A stretch of DNA of 64,000 nucleotides from an uncultured delta proteobacterium (GCA_963745035.1 CAVUVW010000013.1:256001-320000), one strand, 5' to 3'; shown: positions 40,211-53,306, counted from the first letter of the stretch. Numbers and translations: made by a program. The notes: generated by a model not told the origin, from the sequence alone.

Positions 40211-41041
40211 ATGGTCACACGTTTGTCGGCACTCGGTGTGCTCCTTGCGCTGCTCTATTCTGCCGGGCAAGTCTCCTCACAGGCCACGAAGAAGGCGAAT
40301 CTCGGCGCTTCACTGGCGATTACCGAATCGGGCGCCTGGAAGCCGATTCAGCGCGGCGTCGAGTTCCGCACGATGACCATGCAGCGGATTGATCCTGCTT
40401 ACGCGATGGAACTGAAGCTGCTTCGTTTCGACGGTCGGTTCATCGTCCCACGAGTTCTTTATGCCGGCCAATTCCAACTGAAGTCCGCAAATGCAAAACT
40501 TTTTGCGGAGAAAGCCGGCGCCGTCGCGGCGATCAACGCTAATTACTTCGACGAGAAAGGCCGGCCGCTGGCGTATCTCAAAACCGCCGAGAAAGAAATC
40601 AACCGGGCAGTTTCCAAACACGGTCTTTACACCGGTGTCTTTGGTTTAGGCGAGTCGGGGCCCTTTGTCACCCATCGAGATGAATTTCAGCCGGCTCAAA
40701 CCGGCGAAGCGCTGCAATCGGGGCCCTTGCTATTGCATCGCAGCGCGTCCGTGGAGGTTTTGAGCGGTCTAGGGCGCTACGCGCGCCGCAGCGTCGTCGG
40801 CATGGATAAAGAAGGGCGCATGCTGATCGGCGTCAGCGACGGGGTGATCGGCGGGCTGAACTTTGCCGAGCTGCAAGAGATGTTCATGCAGCCCAAGTGG
40901 CAAATGGAAGCGACGGAGTTGCTCAATCTCGACGGCGGCGGTTCCGCGCAGCTCTACGTCAAATCGGGCAAGTTCGAAGAATGGCTGCCCGGCACCTCGG
41001 ACGTCCCGGTCGCCATCGGCTTCTTCGCCAAATCGAACTGA
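40211..41041 (+). CDS. Phosphodiester glycosidase (NAGPA/DUF2233) family
   Basis: AINANYF, QSGPLL, RSVVG, LNLDGGGS. Confidence 0.88.
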   Translation: MVTRLSALGVLLALLYSAGQVSSQATKKANLGASLAITESGAWKPIQRGVEFRTMTMQRIDPAYAMELKLLRFDGRFIVPRVLYAGQFQLKSANAKLFAEKAGAVAAINANYFDEKGRPLAYLKTAEKEINRAVSKHGLYTGVFGLGESGPFVTHRDEFQPAQTGEALQSGPLLLHRSASVEVLSGLGRYARRSVVGMDKEGRMLIGVSDGVIGGLNFAELQEMFMQPKWQMEATELLNLDGGGSAQLYVKSGKFEEWLPGTSDVPVAIGFFAKSN

Positions 41042-41057
41042 TCTGGCCGGTTAGAAC

Positions 41058-41130
41058 TCACCGCGAAGGCACGCAGTAAGGTTCAATCTTCTTAGTCGGA
41101 ATGTTCGTGAACTTCGTGTCTTCGTGTTGA
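41058..41130. repeat. 8/9-mer array hairpin between convergent genes (possible terminator)
   Basis: TCACCGCGAAGGCACGCAG ... TTCGTGAAC TTCGTGTC TTCGTGTTGA. Confidence 0.55.
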
Positions 41131-41173
41131 ATTTATTTTCGCGAAACCCGGCGGCGGCGATCGAATCGCCGGC

Positions 41174-42616
41174 TTACTGGAGCGAGGAAAATGCGGCGCG
41201 GCTCCAGTTGAGCGCGGGGCCGGGAAGCACGCCGAAATAGATCGTGCCGGAGAGCGCCAGGAAGATCGCTACGTAAACGTATGGTGATTGCCGGAAACTT
41301 CTGCCTTCCGCGCCACCTTCTTCCATGTACATCGCGACGATCACGCGCAAATAGTAAACCACGGAAAGCAAGCTGTTCAGCACGCCGATGACGGCCAGGC
41401 CCAAATATCCCGCGAGCACCGCCGAGCGAAACACATAGAACTTGCCGACAAAGCCGGCCAGCGGAGGAAAGCCGGCCAGGGACAACATGAAAATCGACAT
41501 GGCCAGACCGAGAAACGGCCGCTTGAACCCCAAGCCGGCGAAGTCGCGGTAGGTCTCGCGCGGGTCGTCGCCGTCGGCCATGCAGCCGAGCACCGCGAAC
41601 GCGCCGAAAGTCATGAGCGCGTAGGCGGCGGAGTAAAACAGCAGCGGCATGCCGCCCCATTCCTCGCCGACGATGATCGCGATCAGCAGATATCCCGCAT
41701 GAGCGATGCTCGAATACGCGAGCATGCGCTTCACGCTCGCTTGGCCGATGGCGAGCAAATTGCCGAGGGTCATCGTGGCGATGGCGACGATCCACAAGGG
41801 AAGCACCCAATCGCTGTCGAGCGGCGAAAGCTTGTGGCTGAGAATGCGCGCCCACGCCGCGAATGCCGCCGCCTTCACGGCCACCGACATAAATCCGGTG
41901 ACCGGGGTCGGCGCGCCGTCGTAGACATCCGGCACCCAGAAATGAAACGGCACGGCGCCGACTTTGAAGGCAAAGCCGATCAGCAGCAAAAAGCCGCCGC
42001 CGACCAGATAGAGCGGCCAATCGCTCGGCTCCTCCACCAAAAAGTCCGCGATCACATCGAGATTGGTCGAGCCGGCCGCGCCGTAAATAAGCGCGATGCC
42101 GTAAAGCAGAAAGCCGGTGGCAAAGGCGCCCATCAGAAAGTATTTCATCGCCGCTTCGCTCGACCGGGCGCTGCCGCGCCACATGCCGGTCAGCACGTAG
42201 ACCGCCACCGACATGGTCTCCAGTCCAAGAAAGAAAACCAGCAGGTCATTGGCCGCGGCCATGACGATCATGCCGACGGTGGCGAAAAGCACCAGCGCGT
42301 AGTATTCGCCCTCGTGAATGCCGGCCAGCCGGATGTAGTGAATCGAGGAAAGAATCGTCAGCGCGGCGATCAGCAAAAAAATCAGCGTGAAGAAAAGCGC
42401 GAAGTTGTCCAACACAATGCCGTCGCTGAACGCGCTTTCCTGCGCGCCCCAGAGCGCGATCGCCTCGCCGGTGGCGAGCCCGAGCCCGATCAGGCTGATG
42501 AACGCAAGAAAGCCCCTGGGCTCGTGCTCTTTGAAGAAAAGATCGCGCAGCAGCACGATCAGGGCCGTGAGCAGCACCTGAATGGCCGGCAGCAGAGGGA
42601 GAAGATTAACGTCCAT
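41174..42616 (-). CDS. nuoN: NADH-quinone oxidoreductase subunit N
   Basis: [39 protein letters not shown]. Confidence 0.95.
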   Translation of the reverse strand: MDVNLLPLLPAIQVLLTALIVLLRDLFFKEHEPRGFLAFISLIGLGLATGEAIALWGAQESAFSDGIVLDNFALFFTLIFLLIAALTILSSIHYIRLAGIHEGEYYALVLFATVGMIVMAAANDLLVFFLGLETMSVAVYVLTGMWRGSARSSEAAMKYFLMGAFATGFLLYGIALIYGAAGSTNLDVIADFLVEEPSDWPLYLVGGGFLLLIGFAFKVGAVPFHFWVPDVYDGAPTPVTGFMSVAVKAAAFAAWARILSHKLSPLDSDWVLPLWIVAIATMTLGNLLAIGQASVKRMLAYSSIAHAGYLLIAIIVGEEWGGMPLLFYSAAYALMTFGAFAVLGCMADGDDPRETYRDFAGLGFKRPFLGLAMSIFMLSLAGFPPLAGFVGKFYVFRSAVLAGYLGLAVIGVLNSLLSVVYYLRVIVAMYMEEGGAEGRSFRQSPYVYVAIFLALSGTIYFGVLPGPALNWSRAAFSSLQ

Positions 42617-44154
42617 GGTCGTTGCGCTCGACGCGGCTGACGCGATCGGCCGGCGCCCCCGGATTCGCAGCGGCGGTGATTTTTTTCAAGGTCAGCGCCG
42701 CCGCCGGTTCGATGCGCTGCAAAAACGGCCGCGGGTAAACGCCCATCACGACGATCAGAATCAGAATCGGCGCGAGCAGCAACAGCTCGCGGCCGTCTAA
42801 ATCGCGCAAATTCTTATTTGCCGCGTTGGTCAGCGGGCCGAAAACCACCCGCCGGTACATCCAGAGCATATAAATCGCGCCGAGGATCACGCCGGTGGCG
42901 GCCGCCGCGGTCCAGCCCGGCGTGACGCCGAAGGCGCCGAGCAAAATCAAGAACTCGCCCACGAAGCCGTTCAGTCCGGGCAAGCCGACGGAGGAAAACA
43001 TGACGACGAGAAGGATCACGGAAAACAGCGGGATGACTTTCCACAAGCCGCCGAAATCGTCGATCATGCGCGTGTGGCGGCGGTCGTAAATCATGCCGAC
43101 CAGGAGAAACAGCGCGCCGGTGGAGAGCCCGTGGCTGATCATTTGATAGATCGCGCCCTGCACGCCCTGCAGGTTGAACGCGAACAGGCCGAGCATGACG
43201 AATCCCAAGTGGCTCACCGACGAATAGGCGACGAGCTTCTTGATGTCGCTCTGCATCATCGCCACGGCGGCGCCGTAGATGATGCCGATCACCGCCAGGG
43301 CGATGATGACCGGCGCCGCCGCGACGGCCGCGTCGGGAAAAAGCGGCATGGCGAAGCGCAGAAAACCGTACGTGCCGAGCTTGAGCAGAACGCCGGCAAG
43401 AATCACTGAGCCCGCCGTCGGCGCCTCCACGTGGGCGTCGGGCAGCCAGGTATGAAACGGAAAGAGCGGGACTTTGATCGCGAAAGACAAGGCGAAGGCG
43501 CCAAACAGCCACATCTGTTGCTCGAGCGGCAGGCGCAGGCCGTAGAGCTTCAGCAGATCGAAGGTCAGCGCTTGTTGGACCTCGGCGTGGCGCGCGGCCA
43601 GGTAGATGATCGCCACCAGCATGAGCAGGCTGCCCGCCATCGTGTAGATGACGAACTTGAGCGCGGCGTAGATGCGCCGGGTTCCGCCCCACACGCCGAT
43701 CAGAAAATACATCGGCACCAGCATCACTTCCCAGAAGACGTAAAAGAGAAACAGATCGAGCGCGACAAAGGCGCCGAGCATGCCGGTTTCCAAGAGCAGC
43801 ATGAAAATCAGATACTCTTTTACCCTCTCCTGTAACCGACCACGAGGCGAGGATCGCGATCGGCATCAGCAAGGTCGTCAACAGAACGAGAAACAAACTG
43901 ATGCCGTCGATGCCGACGATGTATTCGATGCCGAAAGCGGGCATCCACCGGGACGCGCTCGACGAACTGCATCTCGCCGCTGCTCCCGTCGAATCCCGCG
44001 AGAATCTGCACGGATAGGAGAAATGTGACCCCGCTCGCGATCAGCGCGAGAGCAAACAGCGTGCCGGTCAAGCGCCGCGGCACAAGCGCGAGCAGCACCG
44101 CGCCGGCGGCGGGAAGGGCGAGCAACAAGCTCAAGTATCCGATGCAGCCGACAT
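42606..44154 (-). CDS. nuoM: NADH-quinone oxidoreductase subunit M (N-terminal frameshifts)
   Basis: [37 protein letters not shown]. Confidence 0.92.
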
Positions 44155-44156
44155 GG

Positions 44157-46078
44157 TTACGGTTGTCCGATGTAGTAGCCCAGCAGCGCCAGGGTGCCGA
44201 GCAGAAAGCCGGCGACGTAGTGCTGCACGTTGCCGGTCTGGAGGCCGCGCCAGGCCCAACTGAGACCGCGTGCCGCGGCGGCGACGCCGTTCACGGTTCC
44301 ATCGATCACCCATGGGTCGATGAACTGGGCAAAGAAGCGCGAGCAGGCGGTAAACGGCCGCACGATTACCCGGTCATAAAATTCATCGACATAATATTTG
44401 TTGAGCGACAGACGATAGAGCGTGTTCCCCTCCGACTCGTTCGGCGCCCTGCGCCCGCCCGGCCATATTTCACGTAGGCGAGGTAAATGCCGGCGGCGAC
44501 CACCGCGAGCGTCAGCAAAGTCACCAGGATTTCGCTGCTGACCGAGCCGTGATGTTCCGGCGCGCCGAAAATTCGCTTCGAGCCAATGATCCCACCGGCT
44601 ACCCCATAGATACTCCGGCGCGCCCAACCAGCCGGCAAAAATCGATCCGACCGCGAGAACCATCAAGGGCAAAGTCATCGACGCCGGCGATTCGTGCAGA
44701 TGCGCCTTGGCGTGATCGTCGGCGCGGCACTCGCCGTGAAACACCATGAAAAAGCTGGCGAAACATGTAAAAGGCGGTCAAGCCGGCGGTGACAAGGCCG
44801 ACGGCCCAGAGAACGTATGCGCCGTGGCTGAAGGCCTGCCAGAGAATCAAGTCCTTGGAGAAAAATCCCGCCGTCAAAGGCACGCCGGCGATCGCCAGCG
44901 TCGCGACCACGTAAGTCCAATACGTCGTCGGCATGGATGACCGAAGCCCGCCCATTTGGCGCATGTCCTGGTCGCCGCCGAGCGCGTGAATCACGCTACC
45001 CGAGCCGAGAAACAGGCAGGCCTTGAAAAACGCATGGGTGAAAACATGAAAGATCGCCGCGCTGAACGCTCCGAGACCCACGGCCAGAAACATGTAGCCG
45101 AGCTGGCTCACGGTCGAGTAGGCCAAAACTTTTTTGATGTCGTTTTGCGTGAGCGCGATGGTCGCGGCGAAAAACGCCGTCGCCGCGCCGATCCAGGCGA
45201 TGAGGGCCAGTGTCGCCGGCGCCAGCGCAAAGAGAAAATGCAGCCGCGCGGTCATGTAGACGCCGGCGGTGACCATCGTAGCGGCGTGGATCAACGCGCT
45301 CACCGGCGTCGGCCCGGCCATGGCGTCGGGCAGCCACACGAACAGCGGGATCTGCGCCGATTTCCCCGCGGCGCCGACAAAGAGCAGCAGCGTGATCAGG
45401 CCGACCGTGGCCGGATTCATCATTTGCGCGTGCTTTTGCAGCTCGGCGAAATCCAAGGTCCAGACGCCCTGACGGCCCAGCTCGGTAACCAGGAGAAGGA
45501 TGCCCAAGATAAAACCGAAGTCGCCGATCCGGTTGACGATGAAAGCCTTGTTTCCCGCAATCGTGTTGTTGTGATCCTCGTACCAGAAGCCGATCAAAAG
45601 GTAGGAGCAAAGCCCGACGCCCTCCCAGCCGACGAACAGCAGCAGCAGATTATCGGCCATGATCAGCAGCAGCATGAAAAAGATGAAGAGATTGAGATAA
45701 ACGAAGAAGCGCGCCATGCCGTCGTCGTGCGCCATGTAGCCGAGGGAATAGACGTGAATCAGGAAGCCGATGCCGGTGACGATCAGCAGCATGACCGCCG
45801 TCAGCGCGTCGACTTGCAGCGAAAAGGCGATTTTGAAAGAGCCCGACTCGATCCACGTGTAGATCCAATCGCGCAAGACGCCCGCCGCCGGCAACTGAAA
45901 AAAGACGTAAAGCGCGATCGCGAACGACGCGCCCACTGCCGCGCACGCGAGCGCGCCGGCGCTCCCGCGCCCGAGCGCCCGGCCGGCGAAGAGATTGACC
46001 GCGCTCGCCGCGCAGCGGAATCAAAAGAATCCAGCGCAGAAGATCGGAGGCCGCCACGCCGGTCTCGGGAGTCACCAT
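44157..46078 (-). CDS. nuoL: NADH-quinone oxidoreductase subunit L (frameshifted)
   Basis: [43 protein letters not shown]. Confidence 0.93.
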
Positions 46079-46374
46079 TTGAGCAGTTGCATCTCCTGGG
46101 GATCGAGGCTTTGGCGATGGCGGAATACGGAAATGATGATCGCGAGACCGATGACGGCCTCGGCTGCGGCGACGGCCATGACGAAGAAAACCGCCACCTG
46201 CCCTTCCATGGAGCCGAGAAAGCGCGAAAACGCAATGAAGGTCAGATTGACCGCATTGAGCATCAGCTCGATCGACATCAAAACGACGATGAGATTGCGC
46301 CGCGCCAGCACGCCGATGACGCCGATGGCGAACACCACAGCGCTCAGAATCAAGTAATACTCGAGCGGCACCAT
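46072..46374 (-). CDS. nuoK: NADH-quinone oxidoreductase subunit K
   Basis: [23 protein letters not shown]; 100 aa. Confidence 0.95.
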   Translation of the reverse strand: MVPLEYYLILSAVVFAIGVIGVLARRNLIVVLMSIELMLNAVNLTFIAFSRFLGSMEGQVAVFFVMAVAAAEAVIGLAIIISVFRHRQSLDPQEMQLLKW

Positions 46375-46378
46375 GAGA

Positions 46379-46871
46379 TCAGCGTTCCCGCTTGGCCAGC
46401 ACCACCGCGCCGATGATCGCCACCAGCAGCAGTATCGAGGCGATCTCGAACGGCAGAACAAAATCGCCGAAAAGACTTTTGGCGAGCATCTCCGGGCTGC
46501 CGAATGGTTCAGTGGACGACCGGGCCGGCTGCCGTTTTTGCTTGCGTCAGCATCGACGCCAGCACGCCGCCGAGCAGCAAGGCGAGCAAGCCCGAGAACC
46601 CGAGCCACCGTTGGCGGCGCTCTTCGGGCGCCGTGACGTTCAAAAACATGATGACGAAAAGAAACAGGACCATGATGGCGCCGGCGTATACCAGAATCTG
46701 CAGCACGCCGACCATCGGCGCCTGCAACGTGATGAAGAAAATCGAGATGATCAGCAGCGCGGCGACCAGCGCCATTGCGCAGTGCACGACGTTGCGCAGC
46801 AAGACCACGAGCAGCGAAAAAATCACCAGCAGACCGGCGAGCGCGAAAAACAGCAAGGTCGAAGCATCCAT
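46379..46871 (-). CDS. nuoJ: NADH-quinone oxidoreductase subunit J (frameshift near 46510)
   Basis: [18 protein letters not shown]; shifted tail [20 protein letters not shown]. Confidence 0.9.
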
Positions 46872-46883
46872 GGCGTTTCGGTT

Positions 46884-48006
46884 TTACTGCACGGCAAGGA
46901 TGACGAGCGCAGTGACGACGACGTTGAGCAGCGCTAGCGGCAGCATCATCTTCCAGCCGAGCCGCATGACTTGATCGTAGCGAAACCGCGGCACGCTCCA
47001 ACGCAAAAGAATCTGCAGCCAGCAAAAAAACAGCACCTTGAGAGTAAAAGCGCCGACCTGCAAGCCGACCACCGCCAGGTGCGGCAAAAGCCACTGGTCG
47101 CCCCAGGGAAAATGAAAGCCGTCGCGCAGCAGCTAGGGGACCTGCCAGCCGCCGAAGAAAAGCGTCGTCACCAGCCCCGCCGCGGTCACGATCTCGGCGA
47201 ACTCTCCGGCAAAAAACATCAGAAACTTGCCGCCGGAGTATTCGACGTGATAGCCCGCGACGAGCTCCGACTCGCCTTCGGGCAGATCGAACGGTATCCG
47301 CTTGGTCTCCGCCACGGCGGCGGTGAAAAACAGCAGAAACGCCAGCGGCTGCAGAAAGATCCCCCACGCGGGCAGCCAGCCGAACACCGGCTGCAGGCTC
47401 GCGGGCAGCAGATCGCGCATCAACGCGCCCTGGCCGCGCACGATCTCTTGCAATTCCAAAGTGCCGTAAACCATGAGGATGCCCATGACCGACAGCCCCA
47501 TCGCGATCTCGTAGGAGATCATCTGCGCCGAGCCGCGCACGCCGCCGAGCAAAGAGAACTTATTGTTCGAAGCCCAGGCGCCGATGACGATGCCGTACAC
47601 GCCGAGCGAGCCCATGGCGAAAATGTAGAGGATGCCGATGTTCAGGTTGGCGACCTGCAAGTTGATCGCGCGCTCGCCGATGTAAAGCACGTCGCCGAAG
47701 GGAATCACCGCGAAGGCCACGAGCGCCGTAAATAAGCGCCATGCACGGCGCCAGGGTATGGAGAAACTTGTCGCCCGCCGGCGGGATAAAGTCTTCTTTG
47801 GTGAGAAACTTGAGCGGATCGGCGATCAAGGTATTGACCAATCCCAGACCGGCGAACCCGAAAATCGACGCGCGGTTGGCGCCGATGCGGTCTTGAATGA
47901 GCGCGCTTCCCTTGCGCTCGACCCAGCCGAGAATGCCGGCCAGATTGAGGACCATGAAGAGGACGAGAAACGCTTTGGTCGCGATAATCGCCAGATCAAC
48001 GATCAT
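46884..48006 (-). CDS. nuoH: NADH-quinone oxidoreductase subunit H (frameshifted)
   Basis: [51 protein letters not shown]. Confidence 0.93.
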
Positions 48007-49594
48007 GATGCTCCGCCGCCGCCACTCCCACTTCGATGCCCTGATCGCCGATCGAGTCGAAATCCAACCCTTGGTAGACGGGTTTTCCCGCGCCAGCGCT
48101 TTGAAAATCTCGGCGGGACTTGCGTAACCGTTGCGTTCGCCGCCGAGATCCAAAAGTTGAATGAAAATCTCGCTGTCCTGGAGCGCGCCTTCGGGCGGGA
48201 TCAGCGCGGCGTTGAGTTTTTGCACGCGCCCCTTCCGATTGGTGTAGGTGCCCTCTTTTTCGCCGAAATGAGTCGCGGGCAGAACCACATGCGCCAGCTT
48301 CGCGGTCTCACTGAGCCGCGTGTCCTGAACAACCAGAAACGATAGCTTTTCCAGCGCCGCCCGCACCTTATCGGGTTGCGCCTCTGTTGTGATCAAGTCT
48401 TCGCCGACGACGTAGGCGCCGACGAAAAATTGCCGGCGATGAGCTTGGCCAAAAGCGCATCATAACCACCGTTCGAGCTCACGCCCATATCCCGCGCGCC
48501 GCGGAAATTGGGCGAACGATCCGGGCTCATGAGGATCTTTTGCACCGGCGTGAGCTCGCGCTCCTGATAGAACACTTCCAGCGCATGCTCGGCGGAAATC
48601 TTTTTTACAAGCTTGGCGAACAGGTAAGCCTCTTCATTGGTGTTTCGTCCGGAGAGAATACCGGCGAGGGGCTTACGCCGAGCCGAGGCCGGAAAACACC
48701 GCTTGCAGCGCAACTTCCCAACTCGTCGGCACCAATCCGCCTTCCTGGCGGATCATGGGCGTGGTCAAGCGCTCGCCGCCGGCCAGATCGTGAAAGCAGT
48801 AACGTCCCTCGTCGCACAGCCAATGGCTGTTGACCGCTTCATTCACTCGCGGCTTAAAGCGCGCGATGCGGTTCTGATAGGTCTCGACGCTGATATTGCA
48901 GCCGGTGCTGCAGCCCGGACAAATCGACGGAGTCTTGTTGCAGGTACCAGACCCTGACTTTGAAACGAAAATCGCGATCGGTGAGCGCGCCGACCGGGCA
49001 AATGTCGACGACGTTGGCCGACAGCGGATTGTCGAGGGTGGCGCCCGGAAATAGATCGATCGTCGAATGATCGCTGCGGTTGACCACGGTAAGCTCGTCG
49101 GTCTTGGTGATTTCCTGGCAGAAGCGCACGCAGCGCGTGCATTTGATGCAGCGCTCGCCGTCGAACACGACGTTCGGCCCGAAAATCGTTCGCTTGCGAT
49201 CGTGAACCTTGCCGACCTCGAAGCGGCTCTCCTGGCGATCATGCTGCATGTAATAGTCTTGCAGCCAGCATTCGCCCGCCTGATCGCAGATCGGGCAGTC
49301 CACCGGATGATTGATCAGGAGAAATTCGAGCACCGCTTTGCGCACCGCGAGCACTTTCGGGCTCTGCGTTAAGACGCCCATGCCTTCGGCCACCTGCGTA
49401 TTGCAGGCGATCTGCAGCTTGGGCATTTTTTCGATCTCGACCATGCACATGCGGCAATTGCCGGCGATGGAAAGCTTCGGATGATAGCAATAGTGCGGGA
49501 TCGCCACGCCCACTTCGGCCGCCGCCTGAATGACGGTCTTGCCTTTGGTGGTGACGACCTCTTTGCCGTCGATGGTGATTTTTACCGGGTCCAT
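47996..49594 (-). CDS. nuoG: NADH-quinone oxidoreductase subunit G, short form (~530 aa, frameshifted)
   Basis: PHYCYH, GNCRMC, NHPVDCPICDQAGEC, CIKCTRCVRFC, CPVGAL, CPGCSTGC, EKEGTYTN. Confidence 0.9.
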
Positions 49595-49609
49595 GGTTCG
49601 AAAAAAGTC

Positions 49610-49684
49610 GAAGATCGAAGATGGATGATAGAGGATCGCGTTGGAGCAATGCTCATCACTCGATCCTCCATCCTCCAGCACTCA
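49610..49684. repeat. Heptamer-array hairpin, unit GAGGATC/GATCCTC, between nuoF and nuoG
   Basis: GAAGATC GAAGATG GATGATA GAGGATC ... GATCCTC CATCCTC. Confidence 0.75.
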
Positions 49685-50955
49685 TCATTCCGCCACCGTG
49701 CACCGTTTCTCCGCGATGTGCGCTTCGAATTCGTCGCGAAATTCTTGATGAACGCCGCGGCGGGCATGGCCGCGGCATCGCCGAAGGGGCAGATCGTGTT
49801 GCCCATGATGTTGCCGCTCGACGTTCAAAATCAGATCGAGATCGCCTTGTTCACCCTCGCCGTATTCGATGCGATGAAAAATCTTTCTCCATCCAGTGGC
49901 AGCCTTCGCGGCACGGGCTGCATTGGCCGCAGGATTCGTGCGCGAAAAAGCGGGCAAGGTTCCACGCGGCGCGCACCATGCACGTGGTTTCGTCCATGAC
50001 GATCACCCCGCCGGAGCCGAGCAGGCTGCCCGCCGCCTGAACCGATTCATAGTCCAGATTGACCTTTTCGATCTCCTCGGGCCGCAGCACCGGCATCGAT
50101 CCGCCGCCGGGAATCACGCCTTTGAGTTTCTTGCCGTTGGGCACGCCGCCGCAGTCTTCCTCGAGAAATTTTTTGAACGGATAGCCCATCTCCAGCTCGT
50201 AGACGCCCGGACGGGCGATATGGCCGCTGACGCTGAAGAGTTTGGTGCCTTTGCTCTTCTCCGTGCCGATCGCCGCGTAGGCCGCCGCGCCGCGGTCGAG
50301 AATCCACGGCAGCGCCGCCAGGGTTTCCACGTTGTTCACCACCGTCGGGCAACCGAACAGACCGTGGGTCGCCGGAAACGGCGGCTTCAACTTTGGGCCA
50401 GCCGCGCCCGCCTTCCAAGGACGAGAGCAGCGCGGTTTCTTCGCCGCAGATATAAGCGCCCGCGCCGCGGTGGACGATCACGTCCAGGTCATAGCCCGAG
50501 CCGAGAATATTCTTGCCGATATAGCCCGCCTGATAAGCTTCTTCGACGGCGCGCTCCAAGCGCGTGGCGCCGAAGGCCAGCTCGCCGCGCACGTAAATAA
50601 ACGCGGTGTGCGACTGGATCGCGAAGGCGGCGATCAAAGTGCCTTCGATGGTCGCATGCGGATCTTCCTCGATCAGCAGGCGGTCCTTGAAGGTGCCCGG
50701 CTCGCTCTCGTCGGCGTTGCACACGAGATATTTGGGCTTCGGATTGTCTTTGGGCACGAAGCTCCACTTCATGCCGGTCGGAAATCCCGCGCCGCCGCGG
50801 CCGCGCAGCCCGGAAGCTTTCACTTCCTCGATCAACTGCTCCGGCTTCATGCCGCCGGCAACTTTCTGCCAGGACGCGTAACCGCCGCGGGAGCGGTATG
50901 TCCCCAGCGTGTGCGAGTCGGCTATGCCGATATTTCGGAGCAGAATCTTTTCCAT
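49685..50955 (-). CDS. nuoF: NADH-quinone oxidoreductase subunit F (frameshifted)
   Basis: [55 protein letters not shown]. Confidence 0.94.
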
Positions 50956-50990
50956 GTCGCTACACGTATCTAAAACGCAGTGAAACCTTT

Positions 50991-51464
50991 TTACTTTAGT
51001 GAATCGAGAATCTCACTGATCTTCCCCTCGGTGAGATTCTCATAGTAGTCGTCATTCACTTGCATCATCGGCGCCGTGCCGCACGAAGCCAGGCATTCGA
51101 CTTCGTTCAGCGTAAATCGACCGTCCGGCGTCGTCTGCCCGGGCTCGATGCCCAGCTTTCCTTTGATCATCGAGGTGACCATTTCGGCGCCGCGCAGCGC
51201 ACAAGATAGCGTGCGGCAGACCTGAATATGATGGCGGCCGATCGGCTTCATATTGAACATGGTGTAAAAGCTCACCACGCCATAGACCCGCGCCGGAGAC
51301 TGTTCCATGAGTCTGGCGACGTAGTCGATCGCTTCGGGCCCGATGTGGCCGAACTCTCGCTGCGCGAGATAAAGCACCGGCAACATCGCCGCTTCTTTTT
51401 TCGGATAGCGCGCGACGATCGCTTCGAACTCTTTCATCGCCGCCGGTGAGAATTCTAATGCCAT
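50991..51464 (-). CDS. nuoE: NADH-quinone oxidoreductase subunit E
   Basis: VCRTLSC...ECLASC [2Fe-2S] ligands. Confidence 0.95.
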   Translation of the reverse strand: MALEFSPAAMKEFEAIVARYPKKEAAMLPVLYLAQREFGHIGPEAIDYVARLMEQSPARVYGVVSFYTMFNMKPIGRHHIQVCRTLSCALRGAEMVTSMIKGKLGIEPGQTTPDGRFTLNEVECLASCGTAPMMQVNDDYYENLTEGKISEILDSLK

Positions 51465-51471
51465 TGTCCTT

Positions 51472-51533
51472 GAAATCGAGAATCGAGAATCGCCATCGAC
51501 TGCCTTCTGATCTCCTCAATCCTCGATCCTCGA
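51472..51533. repeat. Heptamer-array hairpin, unit GAGAATC/GATCCTC, between nuoD and nuoE
   Basis: GAGAATC GAGAATC ... TCTCCTC AATCCTC GATCCTC. Confidence 0.7.
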
Positions 51534-51539
51534 CCATTA

Positions 51540-52733
51540 CTAACGGTCACACTCGCCGCCGATCATGTTCACCATGCCGAACGTCGGCACGATGTCGGCT
51601 ATCATGTAGCCCCGGATCATCTCGTGAAACGCCCCCATGGCGATAAAACATGGCGGGCGCACCCGGATGCGATAGGGCCTGCCGCCGCCGTCGCTGACGA
51701 TATAAAAGCCCAGCTCGCCGTTGCCGCCTTCCACCGCGAAATAGGTTTCACCGGGGGGAACCTTGATGCCTTCCATGATGATCTTGAAATGGTGCATCAA
51801 CCCTTCGATGCTGCCATAGACTTTTTCCTTTTCCGGCAGGACAAACCGCGGGTCATCGATCCATACCGGGCCAACCGGCAGTTTTTCGAGCGCCTGCTCG
51901 ACGATCCGCATGCTCTGCTGAAGCTCGGCGATGCGGCAGACGAACCGATCGTAATTATCGCCCTTCGAGCCGACCGGCACTTCGAAATCCATCTGATCGT
52001 AGACCAAGTAGGGAAAAGCCGTGCGCACGTCGTAGCTCACGCCGGTGGAACGCAGGATCGGACCCGGTAAGGCAGTAGCTCAAAGCCGTTTCCTGAGAAA
52101 TCACACCGACGTTCGACATGCGGTCGAGAAAGATCCGATTGCGCGACAGCAGGCGGTCGCAATCGTCGAGCGAGCCGGCGAATGGTTTTGAAGCTTTGCG
52201 CCACGTGTTCGGCAAAGTCGTGCTGCAAGTCATGCTTTAATCCGCCGATTCGCACATAAGTGACGGTCAGGCGGGCGCCCGTCAGGCTCTCGATAATTCG
52301 GATGATCAGCTCGCGCGCTTCGATCATGTAGAAGCCGGCTGTGATTGCGCCGAGCTCCGAAGACGCCATGCCGCAGCAGGTGAGGTGATCGTAAATGCGC
52401 GCCAGCTCGCTGACGATGACGCGTATATACTGGCAGCGCGGCGGCGTTTCCGCGCCGATGAGCTTCTCCACGGCCAAGGCGTAGCCGACGTTGTTGATCA
52501 GCGATGAAGCGTAGTTCAGCCGGTCGGTATACGGAATGACCTGGGTCCAGGTCGCTTGCTCGCAGCTCTTGTCAAAACCTCGATGGAGATAGCCGACCTC
52601 GACATCGCAATTCAGCACCTTCTCGCCTTCGGAGCTTGAGGTCAAACTTGATGGTGCCGTGGGTCGCCGGATGCGACGGCCCCATCTGCAATTCCATCGT
52701 ATCGAGCGCGAGCTCTTTGCTTTCAGCTTTCAT
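51540..52733 (-). CDS. nuoD: NADH-quinone oxidoreductase subunit D (frameshifted)
   Basis: MGPSHPATHG, GYLHRG, DRLNY, ELARI, GELGFY, C-terminal GECDR. Confidence 0.92.
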
Positions 52734-52745
52734 GGCTTGAAATGG

Positions 52746-53306
52746 TCAAATCTTTGAACCCAAGGCTTTTTTCAGACGCAGCAATTTGTTGTGCGATCGC
52801 TCATCCACAAAGGTGCCGTCCACGGGCCGCTCAGGAACTCGCGGTTGGACCTGGTTTACCGGATAATCTTTGCGCAATGGGAATCCGACGAACTCCTCAT
52901 AAAGCAGAACGCGGCGGAGATCCGGATGATCGAGGAAGCGAATGCCGAAAAGATCCCAAACCTCGCGTTCCATGAAGTTGGCGCCGCGCCAAAGCGGCGT
53001 GAGCGACTCGACGGACGGATCGTTTTCCGGTACGGGTACACGCACGCGCAAACGTCTCCGTCCGGCGCGCGAAAGAATTTGATAGACGACTTCGAAGCGC
53101 GGCTCTTTCTTGCGCCAATAATCGACAGCCGTAATGTCGGAGAGAAAATCGTAGTCGAGCTGATGGTCTTCCTTCAAAAACCGAAAGCTCTCGCGCAAGC
53201 CGGCTCGATCGAGCATCAACACGTCGTCGCCCTGCGGCTGAATGACCTCAAGCACTTTGGAGCCGAGGCGCTCCTGGATGTAAGACAGATGGGGGCTCTC
53301 AGACAT
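52746..53306 (-). CDS. nuoC: NADH-quinone oxidoreductase subunit C
   Basis: AVDY..RFEVVY, EREVWDLFGI.F..HPDLRR, PLRKDYP. Confidence 0.94.
   Translation of the reverse strand: MSESPHLSYIQERLGSKVLEVIQPQGDDVLMLDRAGLRESFRFLKEDHQLDYDFLSDITAVDYWRKKEPRFEVVYQILSRAGRRRLRVRVPVPENDPSVESLTPLWRGANFMEREVWDLFGIRFLDHPDLRRVLLYEEFVGFPLRKDYPVNQVQPRVPERPVDGTFVDERSHNKLLRLKKALGSKI

Noticed and set aside
47560-48396. Apparent NuoG-NuoH fusion ORF (likewise the NuoK-containing ORF 46072..47367)
   Set aside because: Frameshift artefacts; the corrected NuoG stops at 47996 and NuoH starts at 48006
43800-52733. Many frameshifts in nuo genes read as pseudogenisation or programmed frameshifting
   Set aside because: Motifs are intact on both sides of each shift, I saw no nonsense substitutions or shared slippery site, and unrelated genes show the same pattern; long-read indel error is the simpler explanation (check by read polishing)
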